This document shows, piece after piece, positions 28,616 through 38,270 of a stretch of 64,000 nucleotides of DNA; position 1 is the stretch's first letter; each line of letters opens with the position of its first letter. The notes under the pieces were generated by a model, which was not told the origin of the DNA, ran no database searches, and saw nothing but the letters and a program-made list of their open reading frames with translations. Source of the stretch: Alphaproteobacteria bacterium (lineage in GTDB: Bacteria; Pseudomonadota; Alphaproteobacteria; MPNO01); assembly GCA_965248835.1 (NCBI GenBank), contig CBDFLJ010000001.1, positions 1,536,001 through 1,600,000 on the forward strand. Direction: 5' to 3'. The translations under genes and the position numbers were made by a program.

Positions 28616-29236
28616 CTACTGCATCGGCGAGTACGACGCTGGCAGCATGATCTTGTTGGCCTGGGTGAGGATCGGGTCGGGCCCGTCGCCCTTGGGCGGC
28701 CAGATCCCCTTGGCAAGGCATTCCTCGCGCACCTGGCGGCGGTGCTCGAGGCTCTCGTACGGCCAGATGTGGACGAACTTGTTGAGCACGCCGCATTCGG
28801 TGATCATCGCGATGGCCAGCGGTGAGACCTTCACACGAGCTTCGATCGCCGGCTCCCAGCGCTTGATCAACTCCCCCGCGCCGTTGGCCGTCATCATGTA
28901 TTCGCGCCATTCATAGATCGGGCCGAGCTTGCCGGTCTTCATCGTCGGCGTGAACGGCAGCGGCGTGAAGATCTCCGACTGCATCGTCTCCAGCACGTGG
29001 GAGACCTTGGGCGGCCAGTTGGGGTCCTTCATCGACTCCACGCGGATGCTCTCGCGCTTGCCCAGATTCTCGTAGGGCCAGATGTGGCAGACCTGGTTGA
29101 GCTCGCCGATCTCGGAATAGAGCATGCCGACGATCGGCGAGATCTTGCTGCGGCTCTGGTAGCCCTCCTCGAACAGCTTGAGGAATTCCGGCACTTTTCC
29201 GCGGACGGTCCGGTAGGTCCTGGCTTCATAGATCAT
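28616..29236 (-). CDS. NIPSNAP family protein (two domains)
   Basis: MIYEARTY...EIGELNQVCHIWPY and IYEWREY...ECGVLNKFVHIWPY; ends MLPASYSPMQ. Confidence 0.88.
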   Translation of the reverse strand: MIYEARTYRTVRGKVPEFLKLFEEGYQSRSKISPIVGMLYSEIGELNQVCHIWPYENLGKRESIRVESMKDPNWPPKVSHVLETMQSEIFTPLPFTPTMKTGKLGPIYEWREYMMTANGAGELIKRWEPAIEARVKVSPLAIAMITECGVLNKFVHIWPYESLEHRRQVREECLAKGIWPPKGDGPDPILTQANKIMLPASYSPMQ

Positions 29237-29267
29237 CGTGGCGTCCTTTCGATCGAAGGTTCCGATT

Positions 29268-30335
29268 TCAGAGAAGGTTGTTTCCGCCGAACCGCTCGCG
29301 CCAGCGCGGCAGGACGTCCGGGTTCACGACATGTTTGGGGACCTCGCCGCGCAGCGCCGCGAAGACAGCCCGTTCGACCCAGGGGACCGCGACCTGCAGA
29401 CCGGTGCCGTGGTTGTTGGAGACCATGTGCGGCGACAGGATCACCTTCTCGCCCAGGCCCAGCAGCGGGGTCTGGGGATCGGGCGGCTCCTCGGGCAGGA
29501 CGTCGAGCGCGGCGCCGGCGATGCGCTCGCGCTGGAGCGCGTCGAACAGCGCATCGATATCGACGATCCGGCCGCGCGCGGCATTGATCAGCACCGCGCC
29601 CGGCTTCATCAGGCCGAGTTCGCGCTCGCCGATCAGGTTCTCGGTCTCGCGGGTCAGGTTGCAGTGCACGGTGACGACATCGGATTCGGCGAGCAGCGTC
29701 TCGAGGTCGACCCGGCGAACGTTGTGATGAACGAACCGCGCGTCCTCGACATAGGGATCGCAGGCGATCAGCCCGACCCGCCAGGGCCCCAGGAGATCCG
29801 CCAGCCGCGAGCCGATGCGCCCCAGCCCGATTATGCCCACCGTAATCCCCGCATAGCCGTCGATCTGGCGCGCACCCAGATAGGTGCCGCGGAGCGCGGG
29901 ATCGCGCCAGCCGCCTTCCTTCACGTGCCGGTCGCGCTCGCGCACCTTCTTCAACAGCGCCAGCATGAACGCCATGGCGCCTTCGGCGACGCCGCCCCAG
30001 TTGCTCTCGGTCGGGCTATGCACCACGCAGACTCCCCGCGCCGTCGCCGCATCCACATCGACGTTGTCGTAGCCGACGGTGTATTTGGCGATCATCCGCA
30101 GGTCCGGCGCGCTGTCGAGCGAGCGAGCGGTGATCAGCTTGGCCCGGCTCGCCACCCCGATGCCGGCGACCGTCGCCGGGTCGAACACGAGCTCTTCCGA
30201 AGCACCGCGCTGGTTCGCGGCCTGATCCCAGGTCTCGGCCGGCATTTCGAGCGCGATCCCGGCCGCCCGCATCCGGTCATAGGACGCGCCGGTCTCGTCG
30301 ACAGCCTGGTAGACCCTGACCAGAGGCTTTGCCAT
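29268..30335 (-). CDS. D-isomer-specific 2-hydroxyacid dehydrogenase
   Basis: VGYDNVD, GIIGLGRIG, LINAARG, ALDVLPEEP, LSPH. Confidence 0.9.
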   Translation of the reverse strand: MAKPLVRVYQAVDETGASYDRMRAAGIALEMPAETWDQAANQRGASEELVFDPATVAGIGVASRAKLITARSLDSAPDLRMIAKYTVGYDNVDVDAATARGVCVVHSPTESNWGGVAEGAMAFMLALLKKVRERDRHVKEGGWRDPALRGTYLGARQIDGYAGITVGIIGLGRIGSRLADLLGPWRVGLIACDPYVEDARFVHHNVRRVDLETLLAESDVVTVHCNLTRETENLIGERELGLMKPGAVLINAARGRIVDIDALFDALQRERIAGAALDVLPEEPPDPQTPLLGLGEKVILSPHMVSNNHGTGLQVAVPWVERAVFAALRGEVPKHVVNPDVLPRWRERFGGNNLL

Positions 30336-30346
30336 CGTCCGGCGCC

Positions 30347-30739
30347 TCAGCCGGTGCCCGGCTGGTCGGAAACATGGGCGCAGACGATCCGCCAGCCTTC
30401 GGGCATGCGCACCCAGGTCTGGCTCTGTCGGCTGATCGTCGTCTCCCCGCGGCGAACCGCCTCGGTGTTGGCGGTCGCCACGTCCCGGCCGAAGGTCGTG
30501 ATGATGGTGTTCTGCAGGGTGCGATCCACGCCTGTGATGTCGCGGCCCCGCCTGAAGCCGTCGATCGCGGCGTGGCTCAGCAGCGTCCCGTTGGGCCCGT
30601 AGCGCAGCGTCAGCTCGCTGTCCCAGAACAGCTCGGCCAGCGTGTCCAGGTCGTTGACCGCAAGCGCCGCCTCGTAGCGGTTGAACGCCTCGGTCGCCTC
30701 GGCGAGGACCTCAGGGATATTGATCTGGTAGCTGCTCAT
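30347..30739 (-). CDS. AtzH-like / HpxZ (DUF3225) protein
   Basis: INIPEVLAE..AF.RYEAAL..ND...L.ELFW...TLRYG...RQSQTWVRMPEGWRIVCAHVS. Confidence 0.88.
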   Translation of the reverse strand: MSSYQINIPEVLAEATEAFNRYEAALAVNDLDTLAELFWDSELTLRYGPNGTLLSHAAIDGFRRGRDITGVDRTLQNTIITTFGRDVATANTEAVRRGETTISRQSQTWVRMPEGWRIVCAHVSDQPGTG

Positions 30740-30996
30740 CGTGCCCCGGCTCTCCCGTGTTCTTCCAGCCTCGCAGGATGTCGCGATTGGCCGGCCCGTT
30801 CAACCACCCGCGCCGGACCTTGTTCAGACGGAAGCAAGACGCGGCAATTGATGTGAGAGCGGAGGTCTCCATGCCTCGCTCAACGAACCGCCGAAGAAAC
30901 CCCACCGTCTCGCCCGTCCTGAACCGGGACAGCGCCTTGCCAGGGCGAGTTCGCAGGGTCATTGTCGGCCGCCGAAAGCTTGGAAGGGCCAGGGTC

Positions 30997-32382
30997 TTGG
31001 AAGAACAGTCGCTAAGAGGATTCCTCGACCTCGTCGAGCGCACCTGCCCCGACGAGCTGTTGCGGGTAAGCGAGCCGGTCAGCCGCGATCTCGACATCAC
31101 CTCGGCGGTCTTCGAGCTCGAGCGGTCGGGGCGCAGCCCGGTGGTCGTCTTCGAGCATGTCGAGGGCTTCGACATGCCGGTCGTCACCAACGCCGCGGGC
31201 AACCGGCGGCTCCTGGCGCTGGCGCTCGGCGTCGAATCGGACGCCTTGCCGGACACGTTTCGCGAGCGCTGTCAGAACTACACCCCGGTCGAGGTCGTGG
31301 CCGATGCGCCCTGGCAGGACGTGGTCCTGGAAGGCGCGGATGTCGATCTGACCCGGCTGCCGATCCCGCTCCATTTCTCGGTCGATGCCGCGCCCTACAT
31401 CACCGCGGGCCAGATCAGCGCGCGCGACCCGGAGACCGGGGTCGATACCACCGGGTTCCACCGCCTGATGCTGCGCGGCAAGGACCGGCTGGGCGTGTCG
31501 CTACATTCGCGGCGGCGGATGTACGAGTTCCACCGCCGGGCCGAGGAGCGCGGCGTTGCGCTGCCGGCGGCGGTGACGCTGGGCATCCATCCGATCCATT
31601 ACATGGGCTCGATGGCCTATCACTACCCGCCGGACGTCCGCAAGCTCGAGATCATCGGCGCGTTGTTCGGTGCGCCCTACCGGGTCGCGCGATGCGGCAC
31701 CGACGCCCTGGAGGTGCCCTGGGGGGCGGAGATCGTCATCGAGGGCGAGATCCTCAACGACGCGCGCGAGGCCGAAGGCCCGTTCGGCGAGTTCACCGGC
31801 TACGCCTCCTACCGCTCGACCGACAACGTCTTTGTCGCCAAGCGCATCCAGATGCGCGCCGCGCCCTATTTCCACTCCGTCGCCTCGGGCACCGCCGCCG
31901 ATCACATCCTGGTCTCCAGCATCAGCCGCGAGGCCGAGATCATGAACGCCCTGCGGCGCAACCTGCCCAACGTCCGGGCGGTCCATGTGCCGACGACCAC
32001 GGTCGGCGCGCTGATGGCGGTGATCTCGATGCGCAAGACGGCCGAGGGCCAGCCGCGCCAGGCGATCATGAGCGCGCTGGGAACCGAGTTCTACGTCAAG
32101 ACCGTCGTGGTGGTGGACGACGATGTCGATGTCTTCGACCTGTCGGACGTGATGTGGGCGGTGATCACCCGGACCCGCGCCGAGCAGGACGTGATCTACA
32201 TCCCCGGCGCAATGGGCGCGATCCTCGATCCCACCTCGGATCCCGACAACCACACAGTCACCAAGGTGGGGATCGACGCGACCAAGCCGTCCGGCCGGGA
32301 TTTCGCAGAACGCCTGACCATCGCCGAGGACCAGCGCGCGCGGGTGCGATCGATCCTTGAACGCAGCGGCCTGCAGCTCTGA
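30997..32382 (+). CDS. UbiD family (prFMN-dependent) decarboxylase 1
   Basis: SLRGFLDL, LPIP...DAAPYIT, GFHRL, AEIVIEG, EGPFGEFTGY, VVVDDDVD, LDPT, KVGIDATKP. Start uncertain (TTG 30997; alternative ATG 30871). Confidence 0.9.
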   Translation: MEEQSLRGFLDLVERTCPDELLRVSEPVSRDLDITSAVFELERSGRSPVVVFEHVEGFDMPVVTNAAGNRRLLALALGVESDALPDTFRERCQNYTPVEVVADAPWQDVVLEGADVDLTRLPIPLHFSVDAAPYITAGQISARDPETGVDTTGFHRLMLRGKDRLGVSLHSRRRMYEFHRRAEERGVALPAAVTLGIHPIHYMGSMAYHYPPDVRKLEIIGALFGAPYRVARCGTDALEVPWGAEIVIEGEILNDAREAEGPFGEFTGYASYRSTDNVFVAKRIQMRAAPYFHSVASGTAADHILVSSISREAEIMNALRRNLPNVRAVHVPTTTVGALMAVISMRKTAEGQPRQAIMSALGTEFYVKTVVVVDDDVDVFDLSDVMWAVITRTRAEQDVIYIPGAMGAILDPTSDPDNHTVTKVGIDATKPSGRDFAERLTIAEDQRARVRSILERSGLQL

Positions 32383-32431
32383 GAGCGGAGCGGGGAAGGT
32401 CAGCGTTCCGGGCCGCCCGATCCTGCGCGGC

Positions 32432-34393
32432 TCAGCTTTTCAGCTCCTCCCGGTCCGCGAAATATTTCAGCGCGTCGGGGTTGGCCAGTGCATCGACGTT
32501 TTCGACCCGCCGCCCGTGGACGACATCGCGCACGGCAAGCTCGACGATCTTGCCGGTCTTGGTGCGCGGGATGTCGGGGACCTGGAGAATGCGTCCCGGC
32601 ACATGCCGCGGTGTCGCGCTGGCGCGAATCGATTGGCCGATACGCGCGCGCAGCCCGCCATCGAGGACCAACCCGTCCTTTAGGACGACGAACAGCACGA
32701 TCCGTGTATCGGGCGGCCAGTCCTGGTCGACCGCGATCGCCTCCACGATCTCGTCCATCATCTCGACCGGGCGGTAGATCTCGGCGGTGCCGATGCGGAT
32801 GCCCCCCGGGTTGAGCGTCGCGTCGGACCGGCCATGGACGCAGGCACCGCCATGTTCGGTCCACTCCATCAGGTCGCCATGGCGCCATATGCCCGGAAAG
32901 TGCTCGAAATAGGCTTCGCGGCAGCGCGAGCCCCCGGGGTCGTTGAAGAACTCCAGCGGCAAGGACGGGTGTGGCCTGGTGCAGACGAGTTCGCCTTTCC
33001 GGCCGGGAGGCAGAGCGTTGCCGTCGTCGTCGAACGCAGCCACCGCCATCGCCAGTGCCGGGGCCTGCATCTCGCCCCGCCAGACCGGACCGATCGGGTT
33101 GCCGGTGAAGAAGCCGCACATGATGTCGGTGCCGCCCGACGCCGAAGAGAGCTGCAGGTCCTCCTTGACGTTCCGGTAAACGTAGTCGAAGCACTCGTGC
33201 AGCAGGGCCGATCCGCTGGTCAGGATGACGCGCAGAGCCGACAGGTCGCGCTCGCGGCCCGGGGCGATCCCGGCCTGCTTGATCGCATCGATGAACTTGG
33301 CCGAGGTCCCGAAATGGGTCGCGCCGGCCTGCTCCATATAGGCGAACAACGCATCGGTGCCCGGATAGAACGGTGAGCCGTCGTAAAGCAGCAACGCGCC
33401 GCCGGCCAGAAGGTGGGACAGATGGAGGTTCCACACCACCCAGGCCGTGCTGGTGAAGAACAGGACCCGGTCGCCGGGCTTGACGTCATAATGGAGCATC
33501 GTCTCTTTCGCCGTCTGCAGGACGACGCCGCCGGCGCGGTGGACGATGCATTTCGGCGCGCCCGTGGTGCCCGACGAAAACAGGATCGACAGCGGATGGT
33601 TGAAGGGCAGCCGCCGGTAAGGCACCTCACCCGAGGGTTGCGCCGCGAGATAGTCGTTCCATGTCACCGCCTGGGACGGTTCATGCCGCGGTGCGGCAGC
33701 ATCGACATAGGGAACCAGCACGGTGCGTCGGAGCTTGGGCAGGCCGTTCCGGATCTCCCGGATCCGATCGCCGACCCGGTGGACCCTGCCGTTGTAGAGA
33801 TAGCCGTCCGCGGCCAACAGGATCACCGGCTCGATCTGGCCGACGCGGTCGAGGACGCCGCGGGTTCCGAAGTCGGGCGAGCAGGTGGAGAAGACCGCGC
33901 CGACGCTGGCGGCGGCGAGCGCGGCAATGACGGTCTCCGGTATGTTGGGCATGTAGGCGACGATGCGCTCGCCCGGCGCGATGCCGTCGGCCAGAAAGGC
34001 ATGGGCAAGCCGGGCGACGGCATCGTTGAGCTCGGCCCAACTCAGCGTGGACTCCTGCCCGGCCTCGTTGCGGAACATGATCGCCAGCCCGTCGTCGCTC
34101 CGCCGCAGGGCGTTCTCGGCGAAATTCAGCCGGGCGTCGGGAAAGAACGCTGCGCGCTGCTGTTCCTCGCCATGATCGAGGACGCGCTCGCCGCGGGTCT
34201 CGGCGATTATGCCGGCGAAATCCCAAAACGCGCACCAGAAGGCTTCGATGTTGTCGACCGACCAGTGCCACAGCGCATCGTAGTCGGCGGCATCGACCAG
34301 GCCGCGCTCGCGCAGCAGGTTCATGAACGCGGTCATGTTGGCCCCGGCGACGTGCTCGGGCGAAGGGGTCCAGATGGGTGTGGACGGATTCAC
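32432..34393 (-). CDS. Acetoacetyl-CoA synthetase
   Basis: FFPDARLNFAEN, CSPDFG, LFSSGTTGAPKCIVH, SGGTD, GRSDATLNPGGIRIGTAEIY, IPRTKTGKIVE; probable GTG start at 34393. Confidence 0.9.
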   Translation of the reverse strand: MNPSTPIWTPSPEHVAGANMTAFMNLLRERGLVDAADYDALWHWSVDNIEAFWCAFWDFAGIIAETRGERVLDHGEEQQRAAFFPDARLNFAENALRRSDDGLAIMFRNEAGQESTLSWAELNDAVARLAHAFLADGIAPGERIVAYMPNIPETVIAALAAASVGAVFSTCSPDFGTRGVLDRVGQIEPVILLAADGYLYNGRVHRVGDRIREIRNGLPKLRRTVLVPYVDAAAPRHEPSQAVTWNDYLAAQPSGEVPYRRLPFNHPLSILFSSGTTGAPKCIVHRAGGVVLQTAKETMLHYDVKPGDRVLFFTSTAWVVWNLHLSHLLAGGALLLYDGSPFYPGTDALFAYMEQAGATHFGTSAKFIDAIKQAGIAPGRERDLSALRVILTSGSALLHECFDYVYRNVKEDLQLSSASGGTDIMCGFFTGNPIGPVWRGEMQAPALAMAVAAFDDDGNALPPGRKGELVCTRPHPSLPLEFFNDPGGSRCREAYFEHFPGIWRHGDLMEWTEHGGACVHGRSDATLNPGGIRIGTAEIYRPVEMMDEIVEAIAVDQDWPPDTRIVLFVVLKDGLVLDGGLRARIGQSIRASATPRHVPGRILQVPDIPRTKTGKIVELAVRDVVHGRRVENVDALANPDALKYFADREELKS

Positions 34394-34508
34394 GTGGCGG
34401 GCTCCACCGGGATCGGTGCCCGGAAACCGTAACATTTCGGTTATGAGTTTGTCTTGTGCCGGTGCCAGTCTGACCGCCTGTGGTTCGATCATGGAGGAGG
34501 ACGCAGCG

Positions 34509-36470
34509 GTGTCCGAGAGCGTATTCGACGTAATTCCGGCGATGGATGAGGACGACGACGATTTTTCTTCGAACCCCTCGACAACGCCCCCTATCGGCGA
34601 CGTGATCGCGGCCCGCCTCAGCCGGCGCGGTGCGCTGGCAGGGCTCGCGGCGGCGGCCGGCGCGGTCGCCCTGGGCGGCACGATGACCAGCCGCGTCGCG
34701 CTTGCCGCTTCCCCCTCGACCTTGGGATTTTCCGAAATCCCCCACATCCTGGATGAGACCCACCACGTGCCGCCGGGTTATCGCGTCGAGGTGCTGATCC
34801 GCTGGGGCGATCCGGTGGTCGCCGATGCGCCGGACTTCGCACCCGCCGCCCAGACGACTGCCGCCCAGCGCAAGCAGTTCGGCTACAACAACGACTTCAT
34901 CGGCTTCCTGCCCTTGCCCGCCGGCTCCGACGGCTCCGAGCACGGGCTGTTGTGCGTCAACCACGAATACACCAACGCAGAGCTGATGTTCCCCGGCATC
35001 GACAAGAAGACCAAGGTCGATACCCTCAGCCGCGAGCAGGTCGCGATCGAGATGGCGGCCCACGGCCACTCGGTCATCGAGATCAGGAAGACGGCCGGCC
35101 GCTGGCAGGTCGTCCAGCCCAGCCGTTACAGCCGGCGGATCACCGCACTCGATACCGAGATGCGGATCTCCGGGCCGGCGGCCGGCCACGCGCGGCTGCG
35201 GACCGAGGCCGACCCGTCCGGGCGCCGGTGCATCGGCACGATCAACAACTGCGCCGGCGGGCTGACGCCCTGGGGTACGGCGCTGATCGCCGAGGAGAAC
35301 TTTCATCTCTATTTCGCCGGCGATCCCCAGGCGACGGCCGAGGCCCGCAACTACCGGCGCTACGGGTTGAAGACCAGGAACAAGCGCTACGCCTGGTGGA
35401 AGTTCGACGACCGGTTCGATCTCGCCAAGGAGCCTAACGAGCCCAACCGGTTCGGCTGGATGGTCGAGTTCGACCCCTACGATGCGGCCTCGACCCCGGT
35501 CAAACGCACCGCGCTCGGCCGGTTCAAGCACGAGGGCGCGCACGCGGTCGTCAACCGGGACGGAAGGGTGGTGGTCTATACCGGCGACGACCAGCGCTTC
35601 GAATATGTCTACAAGTTCGTCTCCTCCGGCCGGTTCGACGCCGACGATCGGGCGGCCAACCGCACGCTGCTGGACAGCGGCACCCTGTTCGTCGCCAGGT
35701 TCGACGCCGACGGCACGGTGAACTGGCTGCCGCTTGCCTGGGGCACCGGTGCGCTGACGCCCGCCAACGGGTTTTCGAGCCAGGCCGACGTGCTGATCGA
35801 GGCGCGCCGTGCGGCGGACCTCCTGGGAGCCACCCCGATGGACCGCCCCGAGGACGTGGAGCCCAACCCGGTGACGGGACGGGTCTATGTCATGCTGACC
35901 AACAACACCAAGCGCAAGGCGGGCAAGGAGAATGCGGTCAACCCGCGGTCCGCCAACCGGCACGGCCATGTCCTGGAGATGATCCCGCCCGGCGGCCGCG
36001 GCGCCGCGGCCGACCACGCCGCGCTCACCTTCCGTTGGGCGTTGCCGGTCCTGTGCGGGGATCCCGCCAAGCCCGGCGACGGTGCCAGATACCACGCGGC
36101 GACCACGGCAGCCGGCTGGCTGTCGACGCCGGACAACTGCGCGTTCGATTCCCGCGGCCGGCTGTGGATCGCCACCGACGGCGCGCCCAAGTCCGGCATC
36201 GCCGACGGGCTCTGGGCGATGGATACCGAAGGGCCCGGCCGGGCGCTCACCAGGCACTTCTTGGCGGCACCGCGCGGGGCGGAGCTGTGCGGGCCGGCAT
36301 TCACGCCCGACGGCCGGACCCTGTTTTGCGCCGTCCAGCACCCGGCCGACACCAAGGGGTCGAGCTTCGCCAACCCGTCCACCCGCTGGCCCGACTTCCA
36401 GCCCGGCATGCCCGCGCGGCCCTCGGTCCTGGTGATCACCAGGTCCGACGGCGGCGTCATCGGAACCTGA
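34509..36470 (+). CDS. phoX: PhoX family alkaline phosphatase (DUF839), Tat-exported
   Basis: Acidic N-region then LSRRGAL; FGYNNDF, LCVNHEY, GTINNCAGG.TPWGT, ALGRFKHE, MDRPED, PDN, AELCGP, VQHP; GGAGG before GTG 34509. Confidence 0.92.
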   Translation: MSESVFDVIPAMDEDDDDFSSNPSTTPPIGDVIAARLSRRGALAGLAAAAGAVALGGTMTSRVALAASPSTLGFSEIPHILDETHHVPPGYRVEVLIRWGDPVVADAPDFAPAAQTTAAQRKQFGYNNDFIGFLPLPAGSDGSEHGLLCVNHEYTNAELMFPGIDKKTKVDTLSREQVAIEMAAHGHSVIEIRKTAGRWQVVQPSRYSRRITALDTEMRISGPAAGHARLRTEADPSGRRCIGTINNCAGGLTPWGTALIAEENFHLYFAGDPQATAEARNYRRYGLKTRNKRYAWWKFDDRFDLAKEPNEPNRFGWMVEFDPYDAASTPVKRTALGRFKHEGAHAVVNRDGRVVVYTGDDQRFEYVYKFVSSGRFDADDRAANRTLLDSGTLFVARFDADGTVNWLPLAWGTGALTPANGFSSQADVLIEARRAADLLGATPMDRPEDVEPNPVTGRVYVMLTNNTKRKAGKENAVNPRSANRHGHVLEMIPPGGRGAAADHAALTFRWALPVLCGDPAKPGDGARYHAATTAAGWLSTPDNCAFDSRGRLWIATDGAPKSGIADGLWAMDTEGPGRALTRHFLAAPRGAELCGPAFTPDGRTLFCAVQHPADTKGSSFANPSTRWPDFQPGMPARPSVLVITRSDGGVIGT

Positions 36471-36539
36471 CCCGCCCGAACGCGGCGCCGGCAGGCTCCA
36501 GCTTCGGTTCGGACCGGCGTGTTGGTCATTGTGATCCGA

Positions 36540-37014
36540 GCTGTTTATCACTGCCGGGAACACCGTTGTCTGCGAAGTCTTCGTCGGCGGTTGGTCTGGC
36601 TCGCTCCCTGACAGTGCCCTTTGGCTTTGGCCTCCCGGGGTGTGACGCGCACTGTCGGCGGCGTGATCTGCAGGCAACGCCACGCGCAGGATCGCTTCGG
36701 CCATCGTCCCGGCGGGGACGAATCCTTCCGCTGGCGCGGAGCCGTAACCCGTCCTCTTGACGTTTATGCGGTTGGGCTGTTGTCCACCGTCACGTCTTCG
36801 CCTGGATCTGCCTGGGCGGCCAGCGAAACTCTTCGCCGGTGACCAGCATGCGGTGCAGGATCAAGGCCAGCCGGCGTGCCAGGGCCAAGCGGGCCTTCTT
36901 GTGGCTGGTCCGCTTTTTGATGCGCCGCGCCCAGTCCTTCAGCGGATATGTGCAACGGACCGCCGTCAATAGGCTGTCGGCAGCCTCGAACAGCGCCTGA
37001 GGATCCGTCGGCAC
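36540..37014 (-). mobile_element. IS110-family remnant: transposase C-terminal fragment (36790-37014) plus 3' non-coding end; left boundary approximate
   Basis: ALFEAADSLLT...LKDWARRIKKRTSHKKARLALARRLALILHRMLVTGEEFRW matches the IS110 transposase C-terminus; hairpins at 36705-36720 and 36610-36656. Confidence 0.75.
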
Positions 37015-37073
37015 CTCGCCGCGCGCCAGTACCTTTCCCGCTGCCTTCGGTCCAACGCGATGGAAAGATCATC

Positions 37074-37377
37074 ATGCAACTCAGACGACGGGCGATGACC
37101 GCCCTCTTGTTCTCGGCAATAATGGGTCCGGCAGGTGCGGACAGCATGCCCGCCAACAAGGCCGTTGGCTTCTACGCCTCGCTCACCGGCAAATACGTCC
37201 AGCCGTGGGAGCCGCACGTGTCCGAAACGTTTTAGGGGCGCCCCTGCATCGTACGACGTGAGTCTTGACAGTGACGCGGCTTTTCTGGCAGCCGTTGGGT
37301 ACGGCGCACACACCGGCCTTGAGGGGCAAGTGGAGATCGGATACCACATGCCGACTTCGACGACGGACCAGGCATGA
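37074..37377 (+). pseudogene. Frameshifted, truncated outer-membrane beta-barrel (opacity/porin-like) gene fragment
   Basis: Signal peptide then GFYASLTGKYVQP; TAG at 37233; a second frame continues DVSLDSDAAFLAAVGYG..GLEGQVEIGY (alternating barrel strands). Confidence 0.55.
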
Positions 37378-37432
37378 GGGTCAGGAACGTATCGAGCCAG
37401 GCACCAGACTCTTCCTGACCCAGGACGCGAGT

Positions 37433-38149
37433 GTGACGACGGTAAAAGCAGATTCCTTGGTTCGCTGGTTTGGTCGCTTCATCCGGAGCAAGCCGCCCAA
37501 GTCGCCTACCGGCCGTTTGGTTGCAGCCTTACGCGCCAAGGGTGTGACGGTGGTTCTGGACATCGGGGCGAACATCGGCCAAACCGGCGAGACGTTAAGA
37601 GCCGCCGGATATAGTGGCCGCATCGTGTCCTTCGAGCCCGCCGCCCCGGCGCATCGGAAACTCAGCGCTTTGGCGAGGGACGACCCTGGCTGGCTGGTGC
37701 CTGCACCCCTCGCGACCGGCGCCGAGGACGGCGATGTAATCCTCAATATTGCCGAGGATACCTCCTTGAGCTCGGTCCGAGCCCCGGAGCCGGTACTCCT
37801 TGACGCGCTGCGGCGCGCCCGTACCGTGGCCCGAGAGCGCGTGCCTGTGCGCCGGCTGGATGGGGTGTTCGATACCTATGTAGCCGCCGACGACATCGCG
37901 TTCGCCAAGATCGACACACAAGGTTCCGAGCAAGAGGTGCTCGACGGCGCCTCTGGTATAGTGGACCGTCTGCACGGCATCAAGATCGAGCTGTCTCTGC
38001 TGGGGCTCTATGCTGGCGAACGTTTGTGGATGGAGCACTTGACGCGCCTCACCGACTTGGGCTTCGAGCCGTGGTTGATCGAACCGGGCTCATACAGGCG
38101 CCGGTTCCACCGGCAACTCCAAGTCGATGTCGTCTTCTTCCGGCCTTGA
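37433..38149 (+). CDS. FkbM family SAM-dependent methyltransferase
   Basis: VVLDIGANIGQ, IVSFEP, RRLD, KIDTQGSE..VLDG, QVDVVF; start uncertain (GTG 37433). Confidence 0.88.
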   Translation: MTTVKADSLVRWFGRFIRSKPPKSPTGRLVAALRAKGVTVVLDIGANIGQTGETLRAAGYSGRIVSFEPAAPAHRKLSALARDDPGWLVPAPLATGAEDGDVILNIAEDTSLSSVRAPEPVLLDALRRARTVARERVPVRRLDGVFDTYVAADDIAFAKIDTQGSEQEVLDGASGIVDRLHGIKIELSLLGLYAGERLWMEHLTRLTDLGFEPWLIEPGSYRRRFHRQLQVDVVFFRP

Positions 38150-38270
38150 TGGTTTCCGCGACATTGGCTGATGGCTGCCGGTTTTTGTACGGCCGTCGCT
38201 ACCGGCGGTCGGTGTGTGTCCTGGCTCGGCCGCACTTCGTCAACCTTGCATGAGGTCACCCTCGCGGCCT

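Noticed and set aside
30862-30871. GAGGTCTCCA identical to the IS5 right-end junction (48274-48283)
   Set aside because: A single 10-bp match can arise by chance; no partner repeat or transposase remnant; it overlaps a possible RBS
30757-30996. Arg-rich N-terminal extension on UbiD 1
   Set aside because: UbiD homology starts at about LEEQSLRGFL; the extension is probably untranslated divergent promoter DNA, though ATG 30871 cannot be excluded
34509-34630. Long acidic region before the PhoX twin-arginine motif
   Set aside because: Extended acidic N-regions are common in PhoX-family proteins
33681-36704. 1007-aa minus-strand ORF, and similar long ORFs at 13522-15663, 20818-23079 and 56336-58225
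   Set aside because: Shadows of phoX, hydantoinase A, the Mo-hydroxylase and TAXI/ABC genes; no recognisable motifs
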